A stretch of 60,028 nt of DNA, from assembly GCA_964358175.1 (NCBI GenBank), contig CAYHOI010000001.1, forward strand, positions 1 to 60,028. The letters are read 5' to 3'. The translations under genes and the position numbers were made by a program. The notes beneath the pieces are model-generated. The model was not told the DNA's origin. It did no database searches and saw nothing but the letters and a program-made list of their open reading frames with translations. This document shows positions 48,923 to 57,179 of the stretch, piece after piece. Position 1 is the first letter of the stretch. Every line of letters begins with the position of its first letter. This stretch comes from an uncultured Candidatus Marinamargulisbacteria bacterium (lineage in GTDB: Bacteria; Margulisbacteria; Riflemargulisbacteria; GWF2-35-9).

Positions 48923-51236
48923 AAGCGGATTCTGCCTCCTGGGGCTGTGTCGACTCCCTTTGGCTGATGACGAGATTCATGAGGGAAGTTACATCCAGAA
49001 TAAGCCCTATGTCTCCGGTTCCCATGATTGTCGCTGACTGGATAATATAGTATTTTGAGGAAGCAGAGTCAATGTTTTTTATGACTATTTCTTCTTCTCC
49101 TAGGAGCTTGTCTACAAGGATTCCTGTGAGGGCATCATTGTAGTTTACGACGACAATAAACAGTTTCTTCTGAATACGAATATCAAACTCTTTTCCATAA
49201 AGAAGTTGTCCTAGATTTACCAAGGGAATGAGGTTTTCGCGAAGGAGAATGTGGGGTTTCTGGTTAATAAAACGAACATCTTTGCCCGAACAACGCATGA
49301 CCTCATCCACGAAGCTGATGGGAATGATAAAAGTGCGTTTCTGACAAAGAGTGACCAGCCCATGGATGATTGCCATGGTGAGAGGTAGACTGATACGAAA
49401 ATGGGTGCCTTGTCCAAGCGTGCTTTCAACGGTAATCTGTCCTCCAAGTTTTTGAACCTTGTTTTGGACTACATCCATGCCGACGCCACGCCCAGAAATA
49501 TCCGATACGGCTTCCTTTGTAGAAAACCCTGGATGAAAGATATAGTTGATAACCTCTGTATCAGAGAGGCTTTTTGCAATGGCCGGTGTAACAAGATCTT
49601 TCTTGATAAGGGATTTTCGGATAATATCCGGGTCAATGCCCTTTCCATCATCTGAAACCACAAAAGTGGCTTTATCATGTTTTTGATAAGCTTCGATTCT
49701 GATAAGCCCCATTTCTTTTTTCCTGTTACTGATTCGAACGGCAGGTTCTTCAATGCCATGGTCAATTGCATTTCGGATCAGATGGATCATCATGTCGTTG
49801 AGATGTCGAAGGATCATTCGATCCAGTTCTACTTGCTGTCCGACGATATCAAGTCGAACTTTTTTGCCAAGCTTTCTGGCGAGGTCACGAATTAATCTGG
49901 GGTATTTCTCAACGATATTGCTGAGGGGGATCGTTCTGATATTGAGTAGTTCTGTTTGAAGATGATAGGTAATTTGCCCAAGATGGTTAACAAGGCTGAG
50001 AAGCTCAACGACATGGGGATTGAGGGTATACTCTTCCTCAAGTTTGAGAATGTTTTGCGCGATTTTGTTTCGGTCGATGAGAATCTCTCCTAGTAAATTA
50101 ATGAGAGAATCTAGTTTTTTGATGTTTATTTGAACCTCTTGCGCTTCCTCTTGTACAATAGGGGGGGAGGCAGGACCGATTGGTTGAGCTTCATCGATAA
50201 CTTGGGGTGGCGGAGGAGTGTTCGGTGAAGACCAATCAACCTTTATGATCCCCTCTGTATTATGAATTTGTTCGACAAGAGATTGAATCTGTTCAGTAGG
50301 AATCTCTTGTTCAAAGTAGATGGTTAAAGGAGGCTGGGCTTTGCCGCCCTCAATTTCTTGGATGGAAGGAGTTGAGTGAAAAGAAACCTTGTGTTTATTC
50401 AAGACTTGGAGCACCTGAAACATACGTACAGCGGGGAGTGATTCATCTGCATTTAGACGTATTAACAGACCCCCGCCATCAAATTCCGAAAGGGCTGGGG
50501 GCAATCCTAATGTTTCTGTGGGGAGGGGAGCGATCCAGTCGATCTTTTTGATCCCATCTATGTGTTGAAGCTTTTCGATGAGAAGCTGGTATTGCTCAGC
50601 GGGAATTTCTTGTTCAAGATGGATCGTCAGTGGAGGTTGGGCTTTGCCGCCCTCGATTTCTTGGCTGGAAGGGTTAGACTGGAAAGGAATCCTTTGTTCG
50701 TTCAATACTTGGAGTACCTGAAACATGCGTACACTGGGCATGAGTTCATCAGCAAGAAGCTCAATCATCATCCCACCTGCCTGCGTGAGTTCAGAAGAAA
50801 TACTTGGCTTTAAAATTGGGGGTGGTGTGCTGGACGCAGGTGTAAGGTTTTTGAAATCATTGATTAGACTGGAAATCTCTCGCTCATCAAAATCCTTCTT
50901 TGGGTTGATAATAGCCTGATGCATGGTATTCATCCCATCTAATGCCCTAAAGAGTAAGTCAAGAAACTGTGCGGGGATGGTGGTGGTGGTGGTGTCCCGA
51001 TATCTTGATAGAACACTCTCAATTTCGTGTGAAAATTGACTTAGAAGCATAAAGTCAGCTATTCCTGCATTTCCCTTGATCGTATGAAAACTTCGAAAAA
51101 GCTGCTCAATCGAACCCGCTCGGTCTGTGTCTTGTTCAAGGGAGACGAGACTGTTTTCGATTTCGTGCAGATGAGTAAGCAGATCATTAAGGAAAATGTC
51201 ACGTTCCTGAGGGGTTAAAGCCAGTTTAACTTTCAT
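48903..51236 (-). CDS. cheA: chemotaxis histidine kinase CheA with two tandem P2-like inserts
   Basis: Hpt site FRSFHTIKGNAG, N box HLIRNAIDHGIE, G1 DDGKGID, G2 GRGVGMDVV, and a C-terminal CheW-like P5 domain. Confidence 0.9.
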   Translation of the reverse strand: MKVKLALTPQERDIFLNDLLTHLHEIENSLVSLEQDTDRAGSIEQLFRSFHTIKGNAGIADFMLLSQFSHEIESVLSRYRDTTTTTIPAQFLDLLFRALDGMNTMHQAIINPKKDFDEREISSLINDFKNLTPASSTPPPILKPSISSELTQAGGMMIELLADELMPSVRMFQVLQVLNEQRIPFQSNPSSQEIEGGKAQPPLTIHLEQEIPAEQYQLLIEKLQHIDGIKKIDWIAPLPTETLGLPPALSEFDGGGLLIRLNADESLPAVRMFQVLQVLNKHKVSFHSTPSIQEIEGGKAQPPLTIYFEQEIPTEQIQSLVEQIHNTEGIIKVDWSSPNTPPPPQVIDEAQPIGPASPPIVQEEAQEVQINIKKLDSLINLLGEILIDRNKIAQNILKLEEEYTLNPHVVELLSLVNHLGQITYHLQTELLNIRTIPLSNIVEKYPRLIRDLARKLGKKVRLDIVGQQVELDRMILRHLNDMMIHLIRNAIDHGIEEPAVRISNRKKEMGLIRIEAYQKHDKATFVVSDDGKGIDPDIIRKSLIKKDLVTPAIAKSLSDTEVINYIFHPGFSTKEAVSDISGRGVGMDVVQNKVQKLGGQITVESTLGQGTHFRISLPLTMAIIHGLVTLCQKRTFIIPISFVDEVMRCSGKDVRFINQKPHILLRENLIPLVNLGQLLYGKEFDIRIQKKLFIVVVNYNDALTGILVDKLLGEEEIVIKNIDSASSKYYIIQSATIMGTGDIGLILDVTSLMNLVISQRESTQPQEAESAYEYTHS
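50224..50777 (-). repeat. tandem ~303-nt (101-aa) duplication inside cheA between P1 and P3
   Basis: Copy 1 (50527-50777) is GGMMIELLADELMPSVRMFQVLQVLNEQRIPFQSNPSSQEIEGGKAQPPLTIHLEQEIPAEQYQLLIEKLQHIDGIKKIDW. Copy 2 (50224-50474) is GGLLIRLNADESLPAVRMFQVLQVLNKHKVSFHSTPSIQEIEGGKAQPPLTIYFEQEIPTEQIQSLVEQIHNTEGIIKVDW. By eye the DNA copies are roughly three-quarters identical. Confidence 0.8.
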
Positions 51237-51238
51237 CT

Positions 51239-52318
51239 CTATACCTCGTGTAGATAGCCCCGCAACTTTTTAAGGCGGGAGGGATGTCGCAGCTTTTTGA
51301 GTGCCTTTGCTTCGATTTGCCTGATTCTTTCCCGAGTCACGTCATAGACCTTTCCGACTTCTTCAAGGGTTCTCGGACGATCATCCACGAGACCGAATCT
51401 TAGTTTAATGACCATGCGTTCGCGTTCAGAGAGCTCTGACATGATCTCATCTAAGTCTTTGCGAAGTAGATTGCGAAACAGGTTGCTTTCTGGAGATTCG
51501 GTTTTATCATCTTTGACAAAATCTCCAAGCTTGGAGCTATCTGCTTCATCGCCGATAGGTGTTTCTAGTGAAATTGGAGTTAAAGAGGATCGGAATATCT
51601 CGCGAATTTTTTCAACTGGCATGTCCATAAATGTTGAAATTTCTTCCTCCGTGGGTTTTCGGCCTTTTTCTTGCATGAGTGTTCTGGAAGCTTTCCGAAG
51701 TTTGCTCATGGTCTCTCCCAAATGAACGGGAATTCGAATCGTGCGGGACTGGTCGGAGATTGCTCGGGTAATCGCTTGGCGAATCCACCACGTTGCGTAG
51801 GTTGAAAATTTGTATCCCTTACGGTAGTCAAATTTTTCAGCAGCTCGAATGAGTCCGATATTGCCTTCCTGAATAAGATCCAAAAAGGCCATTCCTCTGC
51901 CAATATATTTTTTGGCAATACTGACGACTAAGCGAAGATTTGCATCAATCAACTGTTGTTTGGCAACAGGATCGCCCTCAGCAACCAGTTTGGCAATCCG
52001 CTGCTCATCCTGAAGATTGAGCAGGCTGACTTTTCCAATTTCTTTGAGATACATTTTGACGACATCAGAGGTTTTGGTCTCCATTTCATCTGCGGGTTCG
52101 CTGATTTCGGCCGCAGGTGATCCCTGCCCCTCCTCAGAGGGATCAGGTGGAGCTTCTTTAACGATCTCAACCCCCTGATTAAGGAGATTGTCCAGCTGAT
52201 CCATGTTGTTTTCGGGCTCAGCGATAATCTCCAGAATGTCATCTGGTGTTAAGTAATTCGGAGAATAAAGAGGCTCACTTTCTCCGAGATCGAATTCTGG
52301 ACTACCTTCAAATACCAT
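51239..52318 (-). CDS. rpoD: primary RNA polymerase sigma factor (sigma-70 / SigA type)
   Basis: Motifs: [59 protein letters not shown] and region 4 [30 protein letters not shown]. Acidic N-terminus, 359 aa. Confidence 0.9.
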   Translation of the reverse strand: MVFEGSPEFDLGESEPLYSPNYLTPDDILEIIAEPENNMDQLDNLLNQGVEIVKEAPPDPSEEGQGSPAAEISEPADEMETKTSDVVKMYLKEIGKVSLLNLQDEQRIAKLVAEGDPVAKQQLIDANLRLVVSIAKKYIGRGMAFLDLIQEGNIGLIRAAEKFDYRKGYKFSTYATWWIRQAITRAISDQSRTIRIPVHLGETMSKLRKASRTLMQEKGRKPTEEEISTFMDMPVEKIREIFRSSLTPISLETPIGDEADSSKLGDFVKDDKTESPESNLFRNLLRKDLDEIMSELSERERMVIKLRFGLVDDRPRTLEEVGKVYDVTRERIRQIEAKALKKLRHPSRLKKLRGYLHEV

Positions 52319-52441
52319 TGATGTTCCTTCGATGAATCGTGAAGTATTCCACGATTTCAGTCATGTGTTATGCCCCGGTGATCCTGCATGGGGGATACAC
52401 TTCATATTAAACAAAGTATAGCGTTAAGTAAAGGGACTCTC

Positions 52442-52624
52442 TTATAAGGAGATGGCTTCAACTGGGCAGGCTTCGATTGCTTCTTCGATTTCTGAATCGG
52501 ATGCTCCTCCTGCATTCTTGACGATGGCGACCCCTTTGTTGTCATCCATTTCAAATACATCATCGAGCATCGAACTACAGACTCCACAACCGATACACTT
52601 GTTCTCATCTATTTGCAATGCCAT
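52442..52624 (-). CDS. small single-cluster ferredoxin (60 aa)
   Basis: CIGCGVC ... CP gives four Cys. The ATG at 52624 is preceded by a GAAGGAGG Shine-Dalgarno sequence. The ORF track start at 52669 is probably too long. Confidence 0.75.
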   Translation of the reverse strand: MALQIDENKCIGCGVCSSMLDDVFEMDDNKGVAIVKNAGGASDSEIEEAIEACPVEAISL

Positions 52625-52698
52625 GAATAATTCCTCCTTCTGGAAGTTGATCCTTGGGGTAGTATACAAAAAAAGGGGATAGAATGCAATCGTCCTGG

Positions 52699-53241
52699 CT
52701 ATATCAGAAGCATTTTCTCTGTGATAATCACATCAAGCTGGATATCATGGGATTCGACAGGGAGATGGTCAACGAGCTGGAAGTCGTAGCAAAAACCGAT
52801 TTTTAAGGTTTTTTTGGTCAAAAAGCGATCATAATATCCTTTTCCGTAGCCAAGCCGGTAGCGATGTTGGTCGCAGGCCAGGCAGGGGATGATGGCAACA
52901 TCAGGAAGTATGGGTGCGAAGATAGTTTCCGGGGCATCCGGAACCGGGATGTGGTGAGGCCCTTCTTTTATCGCTGAATCGGGTGTAAAGCGAATCGGAT
53001 AGAGCTGATCCCCCCTGATTCCTGGAAGAAAGAGGGCTTTGTTTTGTTTCCAGAAATAATCAAACATTATGGTCGTATCTACTTCGTGGTGAATGGGATA
53101 GTAAATCAGCATGGAGTCAAAAGATTTGTTGTGCAGATAGCCTTTTAACCGAGCAAAGATTGCTTGACTGAGTGAGTAAATCTGGTCTGACGACAGTGCT
53201 CTTCGCTCGGTAAGGATACGGTTTCGCAGAACGGTTTTCAT
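52699..53241 (-). CDS. 5-formyltetrahydrofolate cyclo-ligase
   Basis: RYRLGYGKGYYDRFL and HDIQLDVIITE match the MTHFS C-terminal signature. 180 aa. Confidence 0.75.
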   Translation of the reverse strand: MKTVLRNRILTERRALSSDQIYSLSQAIFARLKGYLHNKSFDSMLIYYPIHHEVDTTIMFDYFWKQNKALFLPGIRGDQLYPIRFTPDSAIKEGPHHIPVPDAPETIFAPILPDVAIIPCLACDQHRYRLGYGKGYYDRFLTKKTLKIGFCYDFQLVDHLPVESHDIQLDVIITEKMLLI

Positions 53242-53536
53242 GATCCCTTATATGATGTGCTCATGAAAGGAGTATTCCAGCTCTTGCAATAATTTTTTCT
53301 GGCGATCATTCATACCGGATACCCTAGTTTTCATCCTTCGTTCAGTATACCCATGTCATTTGCAAAAAGTAAAATGCCGATCATTATTTTACGACGCCAT
53401 TGCCGATAAAGGTTCGCTGGTAGCTTTGTGGCGTTCTCAAACAGCGTTCTGCCGTTTACTTGGAGGAGTCCAGCTCGTCAAGCCATTTGCCAAAATGCTA
53501 TGTCTTTTGTCCAATGATTTGATAAAATGATATGAT

Positions 53537-53707
53537 ATGGGTTTATATTTTCAAACGGAGGGAGCCAGCGACTATGTCATTGAAATCGGAGGTAAGGGAA
53601 AAGGTCGCGAGCAATTTAAAGGCATAGCCCTTTCTAAATCCATCATTCTGAGCCACAGTGATGACACACAAGGCATCAAACGTCCGTTGGTCTTGGCGGG
53701 ATACTAA
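53537..53707 (+). pseudogene. 56-codon ORF resembling only the C-terminal tail of an AAA-type ATPase family (probable gene fragment)
   Basis: The ORF reads MGLYFQTEGASDYVIEIGGKGKGREQFKGIALSKSIILSHSDDTQGIKRPLVLAGY*. From memory, the pattern (F/I)E(V/I)GGK.K...Q(I/F)K.I......(D)D...G....PL.L.G(F/Y) is the conserved C-terminus of a family of ~380-aa bacterial ATPases. I saw no N-terminal part here. This was not verified by search. Confidence 0.3.
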
Positions 53708-53722
53708 GTCATTGTCATTGTC

Positions 53723-53832
53723 ACGAAATAACCTGCTCATCATGATAACCAGCCCATAGTCCCACTATGAGCTGGTTATCATGCCTGAAAGTCAATTCAG
53801 AAATATGGCGCGATCTGAGCAGGTTATTTCGT
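53723..53832. other. long nested inverted repeat (17-bp outer stem, 13+6-bp inner stem)
   Basis: The outer arms are acgaaataacctgctca (53723-53739) and tgagcaggttatttcgt (53816-53832), perfectly complementary. The inner arms are catgataaccagc (53741-53753) and gctggttatcatg (53771-53783), extended by catagt/actatg around a ccc loop. A 32-nt one-sided bulge spans 53784-53815. A further 7-bp pairing links 53707-53713 with 53851-53857. Confidence 0.45.
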
Positions 53833-53883
53833 TCCAGTCCCTAGGCTGAGAATGACTATTATTCAACGCATTGAAATATAGTC

Positions 53884-53913
53884 TTGACTTTTGTGCAATA
53901 CATTGATAAAAAT
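53884..53913 (+). promoter_or_regulatory. sigma-70-type promoter TTGACT-17/18-TAAAAAT
   Basis: ttgact lies at 53884-53889 and taaaaat at 53907-53913. The ATG at 53920 sits 6-7 nt downstream. The TTG start in the ORF track is the -35 box. Confidence 0.35.
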
Positions 53914-53919
53914 ACAGTC

Positions 53920-55047
53920 ATGGAAAGACAACTGGAATCACTTATACTGAAAGATTTAAAGAAGAAAATGGTGTTCTTGACTGGACCAAGACAAGTCGGA
54001 AAAACCTATTTGGCAAAAGAAATAATGACATCTTTTGCCAGCCCAATCTATCTAAACTACGATCAGGTTAATGATGCTCGCACTATACAATCGCAGAGTT
54101 GGCCACTTACCGCTGATATACTTGTATTTGATGAAATCCATAAAATGAAAAACTGGAAAAACTATCTAAAAGGAGTCTTTGATACTAGGCAACCAAATCA
54201 AGCAGTTCTTGTTACGGGGTCGTCCCGGATGGAAACATTCCGACAAACAGGATCATCCCTAGCTGGGCGATATTTTCATTATCGTCTTTATCCCTTTTCG
54301 GTAAAAGAAATGAAGGCTCCAAGTTCAGTCAATGAAAGGCTGGAAAAGCTTAATCAACTGGGAGGATTTCCTGAACCCTTGTTGTCGGATTCAGAGCAAG
54401 AAGCCTCTCGTTGGAGGAATCAATATGCCACAGATCTCATTCGAGAAGATATCCTAGACTTCAGCCAAATCCATGAGGTTCGTGCTATGAGATTATTATT
54501 AGAGCTACTGAGGAGCAGGGTCGGTTCAAGTCTTTCATATAAATCTCTTGCAGAAGACCTTCAGATTTCACCAAATACGGTTAGAAAATATGTTTCGATC
54601 CTTGAGAGTCTCTATATAGTATTTCTGATCACTCCGTATCATCGTAATATCGCGCGTTCGATTTTAAAGGAACCCAAACTTTATTTTTACGATACGGGTA
54701 TGGTTAATGGGGATGTGGGGAAGCAACTCGAAAATACCTGTGCAGTTAGTTTACTGAAGCATGTTCATTTTTTACAGGACTCACAAGGCAAGATTATTAA
54801 CCTTCATTATATTCGGACCAAAGAAGGCAAAGAGATTGATTTTGTTTTGACTGAAGAGGAAGCACTCCGAATGCTCATTGAAGTGAAAACATCTGATGAG
54901 AGCCCGTCAAAGATGCTTCAGTTGGTTCATGAGCGTTTCCCAGCTACAGAAGCTGTTCAACTCGTTCAACATTTGCGTCAGTCCAAAAGGGATGGGGCGA
55001 TTCAAATTGTTAACGCAGCCAAGTGGTTGTCAGAGTTATCGGCATAA
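53920..55047 (+). CDS. AAA ATPase (AAA_14 + DUF4143-like architecture)
   Basis: Walker A LTGPRQVGKT, Walker B ILVFDEIH, and a C-terminal restriction-endonuclease-like EIDFVL...LIEVKTS. The maximal ORF starts at 53884. Confidence 0.7.
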   Translation: MERQLESLILKDLKKKMVFLTGPRQVGKTYLAKEIMTSFASPIYLNYDQVNDARTIQSQSWPLTADILVFDEIHKMKNWKNYLKGVFDTRQPNQAVLVTGSSRMETFRQTGSSLAGRYFHYRLYPFSVKEMKAPSSVNERLEKLNQLGGFPEPLLSDSEQEASRWRNQYATDLIREDILDFSQIHEVRAMRLLLELLRSRVGSSLSYKSLAEDLQISPNTVRKYVSILESLYIVFLITPYHRNIARSILKEPKLYFYDTGMVNGDVGKQLENTCAVSLLKHVHFLQDSQGKIINLHYIRTKEGKEIDFVLTEEEALRMLIEVKTSDESPSKMLQLVHERFPATEAVQLVQHLRQSKRDGAIQIVNAAKWLSELSA

Positions 55048-55116
55048 GAACCGCAATATTTTCATGAATAAAGTGAGAAGTTCCAGGCATAAGTTAAGTG
55101 AGACGAATCATTTAAA

Positions 55117-56049
55117 CTATAACCCTAGCGTCACCAAGAGTGCGAGAATGCCGATCATCCAGAAGCGAACGACGATTTTGTTCTCAGTCCAACCGCAAAG
55201 CTCAAAGTGGTGATGGAGGGGAGACATTTTAAAGAGTCGCTTTCCTCCGGTGAGCTTAAAGAAAGAGACTTGAAAGATCACGGATAATGCCTCCGCCACG
55301 AATACGATGCCTAGGATAACGAGGGGTAATTCTTTGTGTAAGATGATGGAAATGCCTGCAAGAAGAGCCCCCAGCGAAAGAGAACCCGTATCCCCCATAA
55401 AGATTCGGGCAGGATTAATGTTAAACCACAGAAACCCGAATAATGCCCCTAATATAGCGACGATGAAGGTCAGTAGCTGGTAGTTGGATTCGTAAAATGA
55501 GAAAAGCAGTAGTCCCAGGAAAGCAATGAGTAAGTTGCCGGCTACCAGTCCGTCCAAGCCGTCTGTGAGGTTTACCGCGTTCGAGGTGCCGACGATAATA
55601 AACACCAGCAACAGATAGTAGCCTATAGGGCCGAGTTGTTTGAGCAGTTCAGGCGCCGTGGAATAATGGTTGGCGGCGGCAAGAAGGCCCACAAAAATCG
55701 ATGCCACCACGATTTGGAAGAAAATCTTATGTTTCCCACTCAGTCCTTTGTTTTGCTTTTGAAAGACCTTTTGAAGATCATCGATGAGTCCGATGAGTCC
55801 ATACCCTATGAGAAGAAAAAAGGGAAGAAGAACCCAAGGATCAGCGTGGATGGGTTGGGTGAGCAGAACGACGAGGATCGAAAGCAGTATCGCAACCCCG
55901 CCCATTGTGGGAGTTCCCTCTTTGATCAGGTGTGTTTTGGGTGCGTCTCGAAGAATGTATTGTTTGATATGGCGTTCGCGAAAGTAGTTGATTGCAAAAT
56001 TGGTTAGGAAAAGACAAAGACAACAGGAAATAAGAAATGTGCTAATCAT
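55117..56049 (-). CDS. mraY: phospho-N-acetylmuramoyl-pentapeptide transferase
   Basis: Motifs: KEGTPTMGG, IGLIDDL, NAVNLTDGLDGL, and PLHHHFE. 310 aa, polytopic. Confidence 0.9.
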   Translation of the reverse strand: MISTFLISCCLCLFLTNFAINYFRERHIKQYILRDAPKTHLIKEGTPTMGGVAILLSILVVLLTQPIHADPWVLLPFFLLIGYGLIGLIDDLQKVFQKQNKGLSGKHKIFFQIVVASIFVGLLAAANHYSTAPELLKQLGPIGYYLLLVFIIVGTSNAVNLTDGLDGLVAGNLLIAFLGLLLFSFYESNYQLLTFIVAILGALFGFLWFNINPARIFMGDTGSLSLGALLAGISIILHKELPLVILGIVFVAEALSVIFQVSFFKLTGGKRLFKMSPLHHHFELCGWTENKIVVRFWMIGILALLVTLGL

Positions 56050-57179
56050 GGTGATGTCAACATAGAGATAATGTCTTCCATTTGCAAAGAGCGCGATCCC
56101 TTAAACAAGAGCACATAATGATGCAGGTGATTCTCCTTTATGGCACGAAAAACGTCTTCCCTACTGGCTGAATAATAGCACTTCACGGAACTTTTCACAA
56201 ATTTTTTGTAGGGTACTCCATAAAAGAAAGCATGAGCTATTTGAGGGTGTGATTTCACGAGTTTGACCAAGTCTTGATGGGCTTGGTCTGTGTGAGAGCC
56301 GAGTTCACGCATTTCACCAAGCACCACTGCAAGTGAACGGTGGGGGTGATCAGCTAAAAGTTTATGGATTGCATATTTCATGCTTTCGGGGTTGGCATTG
56401 TAAGTGTCGTCTATCAGCAAATTGTCTTCCCAGGTTATGAGCTGTTGGCGATGAGCACTTTCCGTGGAAAACAGATCAAAGACTTCTTTTGAAGCAGTGG
56501 CAGGGATGCCCAGGTGTTGCGCTAGAGCACCTGCCAGCTTGAAGTTGGAGAGCAGCTCCGAGGGCTCATCTATGCTAATCACTTGAAAACCATTTTTTAT
56601 GGCGATGGATCTGACCAGTTCGAAGTAAGGCATTTGTTCATTGAGAAAGGTAATATAAGGTTGCCCGGACTGTTTAGGAAAGCGATAGATCTCTGCTTTG
56701 GCCAGTGCGATGTTTCGACGAGTTTTGAGAAGTTCAAGGTGAGTAGAGCCTAGACTGACGATGATGACATAATTGGGTCTTGCGATTTGTGTGAGTTCGA
56801 GGATTTGCCCCCGTCCGCGCATCCCCATTTCGCAGACGAGGAACTGTGCTGTTGGTGGAGTATTGAGAAGGGTGAGGGGAACGCCGATTTCATTGTTCTG
56901 ATTCTGGGAAGTTTTATGTACGGAGAACTGGGTTTTGAGGATCTCGCTGACCAGATCCTTGACTGTGGTTTTGCCGGCACTCCCAGTGATTCCAATTACT
57001 TTTGCGCTGAAACAATTTTGGCGAACGTGACGGGCATAGCTTCGGAGAGGAACATCGAGTACTCTGGCAACACCCTTTTGTAGCGCCTGTTCGATGAAGT
57101 CATGGCCGTCGAAGCGGTCTCCTTTGATGGGGATGAAAATATCCCCCGGCTTTAATGTGCGACTATCGATGCTGTACAT
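56046..57179 (-). CDS. murF: UDP-MurNAc-tripeptide--D-alanyl-D-alanine ligase
   Basis: MYSIDSRTLKPGDIFIPIKGDRFDGHDF and GITGSAGKTT. The start is taken at ATG 57179. The ORF track extension to 57299 would overlap murE by 137 nt and has no MurF-like sequence. Confidence 0.85.
   Translation of the reverse strand: MYSIDSRTLKPGDIFIPIKGDRFDGHDFIEQALQKGVARVLDVPLRSYARHVRQNCFSAKVIGITGSAGKTTVKDLVSEILKTQFSVHKTSQNQNNEIGVPLTLLNTPPTAQFLVCEMGMRGRGQILELTQIARPNYVIIVSLGSTHLELLKTRRNIALAKAEIYRFPKQSGQPYITFLNEQMPYFELVRSIAIKNGFQVISIDEPSELLSNFKLAGALAQHLGIPATASKEVFDLFSTESAHRQQLITWEDNLLIDDTYNANPESMKYAIHKLLADHPHRSLAVVLGEMRELGSHTDQAHQDLVKLVKSHPQIAHAFFYGVPYKKFVKSSVKCYYSASREDVFRAIKENHLHHYVLLFKGSRSLQMEDIISMLTSP

Noticed and set aside
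53248-53313. A 21-codon minus-strand ORF (MNDRQKKLLQELEYSFHEHII) ending 6 nt before the MTHFS start codon.
   Set aside because: It is too short to evaluate, has no convincing Shine-Dalgarno sequence, and matches no motif I know. It could be a leader peptide, but this cannot be supported from sequence alone.
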